Notes under the pieces: model-generated
Told to the model about the DNA's origin: nothing
Databases searched by the model: none
Seen by the model: the letters and a program-made list of their open reading frames with translations, nothing else
Position numbers and translations under genes: made by a program
NCBI RefSeq assembly: GCF_009834535.1
Contig: NC_045696.1
Location: forward strand, 61,444,001-61,508,000
Direction of reading: 5' to 3'
Length of the DNA: 64,000 nt
Source: Camelus ferus
Lineage: Eukaryota
In this document: piece by piece, positions 1-11,699 of the stretch
How the letters are laid out: each line of letters begins with the position of its first letter
Numbering within the stretch: the stretch's first letter is position 1

Positions 1-54
1 TTGATTTGCATTTCCCTGATGATTAGTGATGCTGAGCATCTTTTCCTGTACTTG

Positions 55-220
55 TTTTCTCAACCTCTTCTTATAAAGATGCCAGTCTTACCGGATTAGG
101 GTCCCACACTTATGACTCCACTTAACCTTAATTAGCTCCTTAAAGGTCCTATCTCCAAAGTCACATTGGGGATTGGAGTCCAACCTATGAATCTGGAGGG
201 CACACAGTTCAGTCCATAAA
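55..220. mobile_element. MaLR (MLT1-like) LTR fragment
   Basis: 'ttataaagatgccagtctt..ggattagggtcccacacttatgactc..cttaacc..cacattggg..gcacacagttcagtccataa' matches the typical MLT1 terminus (from recall). Confidence 0.65.
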
Positions 221-438
221 GACTAGTGAACTTGAATTTAGCAGGTAGCTGCTCAGGTACTGACTTTACCTGAACCTAGTTGAGTGCTTTTAGACAGCAA
301 GTCCAGTATTCTCTGGGAGCCTTGACTTCATCTGTAACGTGTGGTCAATTTCATGAGGCTGTTGAGAGGATGAAACAAGATCATGACTGGAGGACATTTT
401 ATGGATTATAAGTTCCTAAACAATAATAGACTTAATTA

Positions 439-444
439 TTTATT
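439..444 (-). terminator. TM4SF19: Likely poly(A) signal (AATAAA) of TM4SF19
   Basis: TTTATT on the plus strand, about 200 nt past the TGA stop; first canonical hexamer seen after the stop. Confidence 0.55.
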
Positions 445-646
445 CTATTAATATATCACCTTGCAGTTTACAGTGTGACTTAAAATGCATTGTATCATTC
501 AACACACATGGAGGAAATTATTATTGTTATGATTACCACATGATTACCTAAAAGGGAAGTTTGTTTATAACTCATACCCACTACTGGCAGAAAGGATTCA
601 AGGCAGCTAATGATGAAAACACTCATGTATGAGAGGACATTACCTG

Positions 647-827
647 TCACTTCCCACACAGGCTGCAGAAAAGGCCCAGGAAGCTGCTGATGAAATGAAT
701 GACCACCAGGAGAATCTGGAGGAGGCTGATGCACAGAAGGGCGGAGAAGAAGCACACGTGCCAAACAACAGCTTTAAAAGGCTCCAGGCAGACAGAGTTC
801 CAGAGTGAATGGTCATAGAGATAATTC
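647..827 (-). CDS. TM4SF19: TM4SF19 last coding exon (181 nt including TGA)
   Basis: Acceptor GATAG|G at 828/827; encodes (R)NYLYDHSLWNSVCLEPFKAVVWHVCFFSALLCISLLQILLVVIHFISSFLGLFCSLCGK*; TGA at 649-647. Confidence 0.95.
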
Positions 828-3663
828 CTATCCTCAAAAATAAGGAGACCAGGGGTTGAGGAATAAGTAAGAAAAGCCCCACCAACCTCAGTAGAAAACT
901 GGGTTGTCCCTCAGCTCAGGTTGTAGCACTAGACTTTTGAGAGTGACTACTGTTGCTGCATTTGCAATCTTCTGAGCAACAGAGAAGCAAGATGCTAGAA
1001 TGTGTGGCCATTGGTGTGTCTTTCTCTCTCTGAAGAGAATGCAAATCCAAATTTCTATCCATTTACCTGGTATGCAGGTCCTTGAATGGGTAACCATATT
1101 TCCAAGCCTGTGTCTGATTGAAGGATGAGACATCAAACATGCAAAAGGGACCATCTTTCAGAGCTACTCCAGAAGTGATAAAGCAAATCAAGGCTCCAAG
1201 CAAAGCCAGGCCACTTGACAACAGAACAGTAAGCATCTGCAGATGGACAGAAGAAACAGTGAGCCTGAGATGGGATCGTGGCTAAGTAACTGTTGGGGCG
1301 ATCTGGCCAAGTCTAACTTCTCTGGTGCTCAGGCTTTCCCCCATCATGGGGATAATCCGACCCACAGCACCTCCTATAAAGCAGAACCAGGGTAGGGTTG
1401 GCTGATGAGGGGTTGGCTGGGTAGAGCCAGGAAGAGATGAAGAGAAGGGCAGAGAAGGAGGAAACACTGGCACCTGGACCCGGCAGCAGGCTCAGCCTGA
1501 TTCAGCAGGCTCTTCTGAGCATCTCAGCAGATTGGCATCAATAACTTTTACAGACTGCAGCCATTCAGCCTCTGCGTTAAAGGGTGGGATTTGTTATTGC
1601 AAGCCCACCTCTGAACTTTTTACGGGAAATCTGTATTTTTTCCAAAATTCCAAGTTGCCATCCCTGACTTCTCTCTTTCTCAAATCAAGCATGAAAAGAA
1701 AGAAGAGCAGAATGGGGGAAAGGAGGAAGGAAGGAAGGGAGGAAGGGAGGGAGGGAGGAAGGGAGAAAGAGAGAGAGACAGAGAAATTCCAGTCAACTCT
1801 GAAATGATTCCAGTTCTGTCACTGTACTTTTCTAGTCTGTACACCACTTCCCTCCCAAAATATAACAATGTGTTTATTTCTTGGCAGGATTCTAACTTCC
1901 AAATTGGTTTCTTTCTCAGGATACTAGATTTTTTTCTCTCCTTCCTAAAGAACACATATTTTTAAAATTTAAATAAAACATATACATATATATATATATA
2001 GTTAGTATACAGAATCATAGAGTCATTTCCCACTGATGTCAAGCTGGTTTGGAACTTGGGAAGGGCCACAGAAACGAGCATAGAAAGTATTAACTCTAAG
2101 TTAAAAGATTCAAGATGAATTAGTCTGAGATAAGCCTAGGACAGTGGTACTCAGAATGTGGTCCCTGTCCTAGGAATATCATATCACTTGAAACTTAATT
2201 AGAAACGCGAATTTTCCCACCCCAGACCTACTGAGTCAGAAAATCTAGGGGTGGAGCCCAGCAATCTGTGTTTTAACAAACCCTGCAGGGACTCTGATGC
2301 ACCCACGTAAGTCTAAGAACCACTTGCTTAGGGGAAAACTAGACGTTGACAGAGAACAGAGAGTGAATGAAATGTGTGGGTGTTTTTATTTAATTCTTTA
2401 ACATACATTTCTGAATCAGTGGGGTTCCCAACATGTGGGCTGCAGATATCAAAGCAGGCTGCAGAGTTACTGTAAGGAGGCCACAAATTTCATGTGTCTG
2501 GGACTGAATGAGCAATATAGTTTATACATTTATGTACTGAGTTTTTTTCAAATATATAGATGCTGCTATAATTAATAAAATGCAAATTTACTCTGGGCCT
2601 CAGTTTCATTATCTGTAAAATGGAGAGGTTAGACTAGAATCTAGTTATTACATGATCTCTGGAGAAACTTCCAGCTCTAAGAAAAATTAAGCAAAGGAGC
2701 TAGGAAATTTTCTATCAGTGACACATGACTCATACCCATATTGTTCAGTAAGCTAAAACTAACAATAAGAACCTCACATCTGTGTTTACGTTTATAGTTC
2801 ATTAAGCACGTACTCCCTTGACTTGATCTTGTTCACTCATATTTTTATAGATAAGGACCTGAGGTTGAGAAAACTTGCCCAAGAGTTTAGAGTTTCTGAA
2901 GGGTATGGTCAGGATCTGACTTCAAACCCTAAGACTGAAATTTCCTCTTTACCGTTCTGTCTCTAAAGTAATAGAATGTGGGGACATTTTAGGTATTAGA
3001 AGTGCTTACGCTTCGGCAGGGCCCACTCTTACTGAAGCAGCCATATCTCCAGCCCATCAAGGAGATGAGGGTAGCTGCAGTGAAGACCTGGGAGAAAAGA
3101 GAGGAGGGTTAAGAAGAGATAGGGTTATTTACATTTCTAGCTGTCATCTATGGCAGTTGAAATAGAGTGGTTGGATACTCCACATGGACTTAATTATCCC
3201 ATCTTTCCCAGAGGGTTTGGCTTTGCCTAGCAGGACAATTTTGGATAACTAGCTTGATGTGACTCTGTGGATGACAATGTTCATACCCAGCCTGCCTAGT
3301 CCAAAATTCAGTAGCCTTTGACCAGACTTCCTAGAGTCTTCTATAGAAGACTGCTGCTATAGACCCAGGATCAGCTTGTTCAAACTTTTCTATGAGGAAT
3401 CAAAACAGTCCCCACCCTGAGCTCACTGCTCCACCCCTGAGGGGCACTTTGGGAGTTCACACCCAGTGAACCCGGACACTTACCATGAGGCCTCCTCCCC
3501 AGAGCCCAGAGCCCAGCATGGCATGCCTGCCAATGAGGCCCCTCAACAGGTAGGTCACATCCCAGTTAGGAAAGAGGAGCACTGTGTTGGCTGCAGCAGC
3601 AAACAGGGCTGTAGTCCCAAGGCTCAGCCCCAGGATGCGGGAGCAGGTCCGTGAGCATGCCAT
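647..3663 (-). CDS. TM4SF19: TM4SF19 (transmembrane 4 L six family member 19), spliced CDS join(3484..3663,3010..3087,1067..1236,647..827), 202 aa
   Basis: Spliced translation MACSRTCSRILGLSLG..NWDVTYLLRGLIGRHAMLGSGLWGGGLM/VFTAATLISLMGWRYGCFSKSGPCRS/MLTVLLSSGLALLGALICFITSGVALKDGPFCMFDVSSFNQTQAWKYGYPFKDLHTR/NYLYDHSLWNSVCLEP..LCGK* matches the L6 tetraspanin-like TM4SF19. 180+78+170+181=609 nt, all introns GT-AG. Adjacency to UBXN7 matches known mammalian synteny. Confidence 0.96.
1067..1236 (-). CDS. TM4SF19: TM4SF19 coding exon 3 (170 nt)
   Basis: CTGCAG|ATG acceptor, AG|GTAAAT donor; encodes MLTVLLSSGL..GYPFKDLHT(R). Confidence 0.95.
1690..1785 (+). repeat. Purine-rich low-complexity tract (GGAA/GGGA/GA)n
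   Basis: Directly visible 'aggaggaaggaaggaagggaggaagggagggagggaggaagggagaaagagagagag'. Confidence 0.85.
2142..2326. mobile_element. MER5A-like hAT-Charlie MITE
   Basis: Ends cagtggtactcag...aagaaccactt; internal 'ccccagacctactgagtcagaaa..gggtggagcccagcaatctgtgttttaacaa' is characteristic of MER5A (from recall). Confidence 0.8.
3010..3087 (-). CDS. TM4SF19: TM4SF19 coding exon 2 (78 nt)
   Basis: Pyrimidine tract + CCCAG|GTC acceptor; AGC|GTAAGC donor; encodes VFTAATLISLMGWRYGCFSKSGPCRS. Confidence 0.95.
3484..3663 (-). CDS. TM4SF19: TM4SF19 first coding exon (coding part 180 nt; exon starts at 3685)
   Basis: Acceptor TTCCAG|G at 3686/3685; ATG 3663-3661 in strong context ACAATGG; donor ATG|GTAAGT at 3484/3483. 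Confidence 0.9.
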
Positions 3664-4069
3664 TGTGCGGGGAGAGGATAGAGTCCTGGAACCAATGGAA
3701 GGAGGGTCATGGTAGCTTTGTGGACACTGTGAGCTGTGGGTAGAGGAACCCCTGGAGCATAGGGTGGGGTAGAGGAAATAGACAACAGACCCTGTCATTT
3801 CCCAGGGTCAGATCAAGAAGAGCCAAGGAACTCGCTTAAAAACTCTACCTCTTACAAATATTCCCTAGTGGATTGGATTTACCCTATTTTCCACCAACCT
3901 CCACTCACTCACACGCACACACACACACACACATGCACACTCTCCTCATCCCATCATAATTTGCTTGCACCTCTATTACCAGCAGATTATTTCTATTTGA
4001 TACAGAAAAACTAAATATTAAAGATGTCATCTTCTTGCTTTAAAAGATGTCATTTTAAAGATGTCCACT

Positions 4070-5700
4070 GTCACCACTTCCATTCAGCATTGTACAGGAG
4101 GCCTTACCCAGTATAAGAAAATAAAAAGCAGCAAAAGCCACAGATATGAAAGAAAGAAGTAATAATTGCCATTATTCACAGGTAACATGATCATCTGTGT
4201 AGAACATTGTAAGGAATCTATCAAAAAGTTACTAGAACTAATGAGTGAGTATAGCAAGTTTATTGAATTAAAAATATACAAAAATTCTATTGTATTTCTA
4301 TATATAAGCAATAATAAATTATAAAAATAAAAAATAATTTACAATAGCATATAAATAAAAATAGTTATGGACAAATTTAACAAATTATGTGCAAGACATG
4401 TACACTAAAAATTATAAACCATTGCTGAGAAAAAGTTAAAGAGGAACTAAAGAAACAGAGCGACATACCATGTTTATGGATCAAAAGGCTCAATATCATT
4501 AACATGTCAGTTCTCTCTAAAACGAAGCACAGATTCAATGCAATCTCAGTCAAAATCCTAGCAGGGTTTTGTTTAGAAATTGACAAGCTGAATCCTAATT
4601 TATATTAAAATGCAAAGGACCTAGATTAGCCAAAACATTTTGAAAAAAAAAGGAACAAAGTTGGAGGACTTACATTATGTGATTTTAAGACATTATAAAG
4701 CTATAGTAATCAAGACAGTGAAGAAATGGTGTATACAAACATACAGACAACTAGAACAGACTAGAGAATTCAGAAATAGATCTGCATGCATATGATCAAA
4801 TGATTTTTGAAAAAGATGTTATTTTAGTGGGAAAAGGATAGTGTCTTCAATAAATGATACTGGAACAATCCATATGCAAAACAAAAATATATACTTTGCC
4901 TATTGCTACAAACCATATTCAGTAATTAACTTGAAATGAACCATAGACTTAAACCTAATAAAACTTTTAGAAAAAAACAAAGGAGAAAATCATTGGAATC
5001 TTAGATATAGATTGATTAGATAGAACACAAAACGTACAACCTATAAAAAGTGATAAATTAAACTACTTCAAAATTAAAATTTTTTCTCTTCAAAAGACAC
5101 CATTAAGAAGATGAAGAGACAAACCACAGGCTGGGAGAAAATATTCGCAATATATATTTTATGAATATGTATGTGACTGTGAATACGTATACATCTGACA
5201 AAGGACTTGTATCCAGAATACATAAAGAACTCTTAAAACTCTACCATGAGAAGACAAGCAATTTGATTTTTAAAATGGGAAAAAAGGGGGAGGGTATAGC
5301 TCAAGTGGTAGAGCACATGCTTAGCATGCATGAAGTCCTGGGTTCAATCCGCAGTACTTCCTCTAAGAATAAATAAATAAGTAAAACTAATTACCTCCCC
5401 CCACCAAAAAAAAAATAATAATAATTAAAATGGGAAAAAGATTTAAACAGGCATCTCACACGCACACAAAACATCTCACACGCACACAAAAAAGATATAT
5501 GGATGACAACTAAGACTAAGAAAAGACATTCAACATCACTAATATAGGGCAATGCAAATTAAAACCAAAGTAAGATCCTACTACACACCAACTGGAATTG
5601 TTAGTTAAAAAGCTGGACTATCCCAAGTATTGTTGAGAACATGGAATAACTAGAACTCTCGCAGATAGATGGTGAGAATTCAAGTGGTACAGCCTCTTTG
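4070..5700 (+). mobile_element. Old L1 (L1M-type) ORF2 3' fragment, interrupted by a SINE
   Basis: Degenerate L1 ORF2 motifs ('aaagttactagaactaatgagtgag', 'aacaaagttggaggacttaca', 'tctgacaaaggacttgtatccagaata'); many stops. Confidence 0.85.
5286..5424 (+). mobile_element. tRNA-derived camelid-type SINE (Vic-1-like) with TSD
   Basis: GGGGAGGGTATAGCTCAAGTGG (A box), GGTTCAATCC (B box), AATA-rich tail; TSD TTAAAATGGGAAAAA at 5270-5284 and 5425-5439; nested in L1. Confidence 0.9.
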
Positions 5701-7607
5701 GAACAAAAACCTGATTAGCCTAGGGATTTTTATCTATCCAGACTACAGCTTATACAGGGACCTGTGTCAGATACAGCTTTCAGTGGGCGATTTGGTGGGG
5801 GGAGGGGGGAGTGTATGCTCCTGCCCACCCCATTCCCCATTCCTGCATCCCTTGGTGATCTTTACTTCCCCAAATCTCAGAGTCCAAACTCATCTCTGCT
5901 GCTCCTCCTAGCAGGGAACTTCCTGCTGCAATTGCTAATATTTTAGTGGCATGAGTGGCCTTCACTCTGTTCCCTCTCCACAGGGTATTTGCTCTCTAAG
6001 CCATGTTTCTCACAGTGAATAAAATAACTTATCCCTGATGAAAGGAAGTTCAGATCTCTGAGGAGGGGGCACACGGAAGAGCTGCGGGTAGGATATGGAG
6101 GACGGTGGCCCTTACACCAAGGATGGAGTGGTAGGCACCAGGGATCAGGAGGGATGGTGTGTTCCTTCTCCTGCCCTCCTTCAGTGGCCCACCACAGAAG
6201 CCTCCTTTCTTGAAGTAGGTCTCCGATGATACTGATATGGTACTTACTGCCCTCTCCTCAGGTCCTCAGGGTGAGGAACCTGCCCTGCTGTTGGGAGGCA
6301 GGGTACCTGTGTGATAAATATCCTCCCCACAGCGTGTGATGCAGCCTCCCTTCCCAGAATGTCCAGCCACTGAGTGCAGGGCTCTCAGTGTGTGTCTCCA
6401 TGCTGGGGTGAATTAACCAATCCAAGGTGTTGGCAAGTAACAACTTTAACCCACACTCCTCCCAGATGACAAGTGTGTGGTTGGGCTTTGAATCACTCTA
6501 GACGGCTGGCTAGGAAAAGCTTTTGTTCAGGAATGCCTTCAGAGGACTTTGAATCATTCTACCTGTGAGTAAAGGCCTGTCTAGACATAGATCACCAACA
6601 TGAACCCCTCTGACGATCTCCTCCATGGAAATTTTTCCTATCAAGAAAGAGTTTTAGAAGGGAAATTTAAAAATACAAACATGCAGAGGGAAAATGAAGC
6701 AGTTGAGCATGGCCTTTAGGATGAATAGAATTCAGAGAATCCTGACTGTCCTGCTCACATTCTACTAAAAGCACTTGCTGTGCTGCTCCGTCCAGAAGGG
6801 CTGTGGCTCAGTTTGAATTTCACTTCCTCTCCCTGACTTTGTTCACCTGGAAATCACACCATTCTGAGAAATGTTTCCATAAATGTGAGCCAGGAGATTA
6901 GCAGAGAGTTTGGCTAATGCGATATCGGAAGAGACAGGCAGGATCATAAGGTAAAACCTTACAACCAGGCTCTAGGGGAGGCCCTGTTCTAACCTGGGAT
7001 CCTGGCTGGGTAAAGAAACCATTAGCTACATGTCTGGGCAACAGTTTAAGTGATCTGCTAAGTCACATGGAGGAAGAGACTGCAAATTCTGTGTCTCTCT
7101 ACCTCACTTATCACCTAGCCAGGCTTTTATCATTTTTTCATCAGTCATACATTTATTAAGTGACCACTGTCTGCCAGGCAGTATTCACTCTGGTGAATCA
7201 GAGACAGCCTCTTCTCTTGAGGAACTTAAATTCTGGTGGGGAGACTAACCAAACAATAAGCAAGTGCCAAGAACTGTCCAACTGAAGGTGTGATGGAAGC
7301 ACCCAGAGGACTGCCTAATCCTGCTTGCAGAAGCAAGGCAGAGCCTCCTGGAGGAAGTGTTGTCCAAGCTAAAACTTGACAACAAGGCATTATTAGACAG
7401 GCAGTGCTGGGAAAGGAAAAGTATTCTAAGCATGTGTAAGGACCTGGAGTTGACAGACTGAAGCAGAGAGAAATTAAACAAACTGAAGTCACATAGCTGC
7501 TCAGTGCCTGAGCCAGGTCTCCTATGAGTTGGAAGTTTGTGCTCTGAACTGCTAGGCTAAACTATTCCCCGGCCTTCCCTTCACTGGGCCCTTTCATTTC
7601 TGCTTAC

Positions 7608-7745
7608 CTGCATCCAGTGGCAAGAATCAGGGTGGAAGAGAAAGAATGTGGAGAAGGGCTCCGTGTTCAGAGTGGGCCCGTACTCCTGTGGCCCCAGCTG
7701 GGATTCCTGCAGGGCTGGACCAGAGGCTCCTCTGTCAGGACTGCT
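7608..7745 (-). other. TM4SF19: TM4SF19 non-coding exon 1 (5' end approximate)
   Basis: Strong donor CAG|GTAAGC at 7608/7607; TATA-like CATATATAC at 7767-7775; sequence resembles the human TM4SF19 5' UTR as I recall it (..GCCTCCCTGGCCCTCC..CTGATTCTTG..GATGCAG). Confidence 0.75.
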
Positions 7746-7766
7746 CGGGAGGGCCAGGGAGGCGCT

Positions 7767-7970
7767 GTATATATGTGGAGGCCACCCGGGTGTGTGTGTG
7801 TGTGCATGTGTGCCCCCACACCACTGCCTACAGGCTTCCATGGAAGGAGCTTTCCTCTTCCTAGAGAGCCCTCTCCTGATGACCCATCCTCTGCTCATTT
7901 TCATGTGACCCAAAAGAAGGAACCAGGAGGCATGGCCTCGTGAGCTAAAATGCCTTAATGAGTCAGAGGA
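7767..7970 (-). promoter_or_regulatory. TM4SF19: TM4SF19 proximal promoter (TATA-like box, NFAT/kB-like, M-box, AP-1)
   Basis: TATATAT 7768-7774; TTCCATGGAA 7836-7845; GGAGCTTTCC 7846-7855; TCATGTGAC 7901-7909; TGAGTCA 7959-7965. Confidence 0.6.
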
Positions 7971-8409
7971 TGCACTGGTGAGAAATACCCTATCTTCCTT
8001 CCTTTCCCAAGCAGCAACACTTTTTCAAATACTTGCAGCCCATATCTGTTTCACTCACTGCAAAATTTGGGCTCTTTGGAAAAACAGTGCTGAGCAGAGT
8101 GGCTATCAGTTTTCCTTATCACCTTCCTTACTTTGCTCTTAGCTGTGGTTCCTTTACTAGCCTTCTAATTTTTTGTTCACACTTCAGGCCACCATCATCT
8201 TGTACCACAGTCACACCAGATTGCTGAGCATTTCATGGCACTCTCTGCATGGGAGGTCTGTGACACTGTTTTGACAAGCTCCTATTCAAGATCCAGTTCA
8301 AACATCTCCATGGAAGTCCTCTATGATTTCTTCAGAGTCAGGCAATTCTTTCTCTATGCTCCCAGTTTTTAATGCTCTTCTTTCTCTGTGCTCCCAAATT
8401 TTAATTTTT

Positions 8410-9400
8410 TTGTTAATTTAGGTATTACAAACAGTAAAATGCATAAATCTTAATTATAAAAATTGAATTGTTACTTGTGCACCTAGAGTAACCACACACA
8501 GATCAAGATATAGCATATCTCCAAATCCCCAAAAGGTTCTATCGTGTCCCTCCCATCATTATCCCTGTCCTAATGTTAAATATTCCATTTTGAATTTTAT
8601 CATCAATTAGCTTTTGGCATTTCTTGAATTTCATATAAATGGACTCATATAGTGTGCACTTTTTTGTCTGGCTTTCTTCACTCAATTTTATATCTGTAAG
8701 ATTCATCCATCATATAATTCATTCTTTTTTATTATTCCATTGTATGACATATTACAATCTATTCTGCTATTGATAGACATTTATTTTCAATTTTCGCCTG
8801 TTATAAATGATGCTACTATGAATATTCTTATACATGCCTTTGGAGAAGCTATGCACTAATTTTTCTAGGGATTATACCTAGGATTGGAATTGTTGGGTCA
8901 TAGGGTAGGTGAATGTTTAATTTTGGCAAATAATATTGCCAGTTAACCAAAGTGGGCCTACTAATTTACACTCCTGCCAGTGCTGTATGAGAGTTCGGTT
9001 GCTTCACATTCTTACCAACATCTTAAATTAAGCCATTCGGGTAGGTGTTTAGTAGTGTCTGACTGTGGTTTTAATTTGAATTTTCTTGATGAGTTAGTGA
9101 CTTTTCATATACTGATTGGCCATTTGGAGATCCTTTTTTGAGAAGTGCCTGCTCAAGTCGTTCGCCCAATTTTTACTGGTTCTTTGTCTTTTCCTTTACT
9201 TGTAGGAGTTCTTTATAATTCCAGGTATGAGAGCTTTGTGAGATATATGTATTATGAATGTTTCTTCCTTCTGTAGTTTTCACTCTCTTACTGTCTTTTC
9301 ATTAAGAGCAGTTCTTGATTTTAAGTAAGTTCTGTTTATCGATCTTTTCCTTTATGATCACTTCTTTTTGGGTCCTGTTTAAAAAAATCTTTGCCCACTT
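8410..9400 (-). mobile_element. Old L1 (L1M-type) 3' fragment
   Basis: Antisense L1 motifs 'tttttgtctggctttcttcactcaa', 'ggattggaattgttgggtcatagggt', 'gtggttttaatttgaattttcttgatg'. Confidence 0.8.
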
Positions 9401-9964
9401 CCCACAGCATTTTTATTTACCCATGCTATTTAGGGCCTCTTCCTTCACAACTGTGAGACTCTTCAGGGCAGAGAGCCTGTATCTTATTTTGCTTTGTAGA
9501 TCCAAAATCCAGTATAGAGCTTGGAACAAAGTGGAATTCAGGAATCATTTAATTAATAAAATAATTTATGCACTGGATGAAGTAACACACATAATCTCTC
9601 TGCACAGAGATTTTACTTCTAACAATGAAAACAAACAATATTGAGAAAACCCTTGATGCATATATATGAGAAGGAATAATTACAGTAGCTATCACATTTC
9701 TTTGCTGCATATGAGCTGCTTTCTATGTATGACATTTCTATGTATGCAGATATATATGTGCCTGACACAAAAGCTGGTAAACAACTTATTGAAAAGTTCA
9801 TTAAATAGGATCCAGTTTTCATTTTCATGGTAAAAGAGAATCATTTAGAGCCCAGATGAATTCTTGGGTCTCCCCCAGAGAATTGAATTTTGATAGAAGA
9901 TTCTAGGCTGAGGGGGGCTCACAAAGCTTTACAATTAAGAAGAAACATTTATTATAAAACACAT

Positions 9965-10235
9965 TTACAGACATAGAAAACAAACTTATGAGGGGAAAGG
10001 GAGTCGGAAGGGATAAATTAGGAGTTCAAGATTTGCAGATACTAACTAATATATATAAAACAGATAAACAACAAATTCATACTGTATAGCACAGAGAACT
10101 ATATTCAAGTATCAAGTAATTTATGGTGAAAAAGATTATGAAAACAAATATATGTATGTTCACGTATGACTGAGGCACTATACTGTACACCAGAAATCGA
10201 CACATTGTCAACTGACTATACTTTAATAAAAATAT
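9965..10235 (+). mobile_element. L1 3' UTR fragment (artiodactyl/camelid type)
   Basis: 'acagacatagaaaacaaacttatg..ggagttcaagatttgcagatactaac..actgtatagcacag..tgtacaccagaaatcgacac..actgactatactttaataaaa'. Confidence 0.8.
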
Positions 10236-11699
10236 ATATAACCCCCACTACATTTACAAACTATCTCATTAGATCCTTACAACAGATCTAAAGCAAGTAA
10301 AATAAGTATTTGGTTGGCCTCATTATGCTGATAAAGAGATTATAGCCCAGAGGAATTTGACTGAGAGTAAAGTGAGTGAGATTGGGGAAATGATCCTACG
10401 TTGTTTGACTCTACACAGTCCCACACATTGGTGCTTGAGATGTCTTTTTTTTTTTTTTCCTAACCCGGATTCCAACTAACTTCAGGTATTTCTTCTTGGA
10501 GACAGTACTGTGGTGCTTTGGCACCTGAGAGACCTGGAACTGGATTTCTGCTACAAACACCTATTAGCTACGTGAACTTTGGTAGTTCACTGAGCCTCAG
10601 TTATAAAATGATGCCTATCTAACAAGTTTATTTTGAGAATTTTAAATAAGATGCAAGATGCCTCTCCTGGGTTAGTTCCTCTCCTTCTTTTCTTGGATCT
10701 TAGCTTAGCAAAAAGAATTTTATATGCAGTGTCCATTAGAACACTTCATAGTTAGGCAATTAGAATGATCTGATGGCAGGCTGCCAGATATACTAAGATT
10801 TTTAGAAGGTATTTCTGTTCCCAGCCCTATGGCTTATCCAACAGCAGATACTCTTGTATGAATATCATTAAAATGGTGCTTGTGGAGCAAAAGGAAGTGC
10901 TGGAATTTGGCTTTTACATGTTAAAGTGTCAAATTTAGTTGGGACTGCTGAGAGCAGCTGTAGGCCTTTGTTTCTTAGGGTAAATTTATGACAATTAATT
11001 CAATGATTAATCTTATGAACAAGACCCCTCTTTTAGAAGCTATATACTTGGAATAGTTTCTCTAAGTCAGGCCAGCTTAAGTCAGATTCTTTGTTCCCCT
11101 GTGGTAAGACCACTATGGTCACAGAGTCCTGGTCATTGCCATGAAAGAACTAAAACATTACCTTTTTACAGACGTGTTAATAATAGAATTTGGCTCTATC
11201 GGTAACGCAGCTACTAGTTATCACTTGTTTGGTGATAATTCCAGAGGAATGCAAATGGGGGTTTAGGGAGGGCACAAATTAAGAATGAGGCCTGGGTTGG
11301 AAAACAATTTGCCTAATGCCGTGAAAGTCTTCCCGAGGCTGAAAGGTTTGTGAGAACAGGATGGATAAATAGATGTTTCATTCTGGGGCATATTGTGGGG
11401 TTTGGAGGTGGGATGTGAGCAAGGAATAGAGGAAGTTGAGAAAATGGAATTCACTGGTAGAAGGGAAAGGGAAAAGATGATGACAGTTAGGCCAGTCTTT
11501 CTCAAATAAGAGTGACAGACTAAATCAGCTTCCTTGTGGGTGGGCTTCACCCTCAACTGACAGCTGACTACACAAGAGAGCACATTTTCCTTAATTGGAG
11601 AGAGAAAAAAAAGGAAGATAAGAGATGTTGAAAGAGTTGCCATTTATACCAGTCCACTGAAGAGGAAGTTCTGGGTTGTTTTCTTTTTACAAATATTAT

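Noticed and set aside
495..1154. ORFs 495-764, 640-885 and 888-1154 as separate genes
   Set aside because: They are alternative-frame shadows of TM4SF19 exons; the true frame only emerges after splicing.
7581..7943. Cluster of four overlapping ORFs at 7.6-7.9 kb
   Set aside because: GC-rich TM4SF19 promoter and exon 1 with a TG repeat; no recognisable protein similarity.
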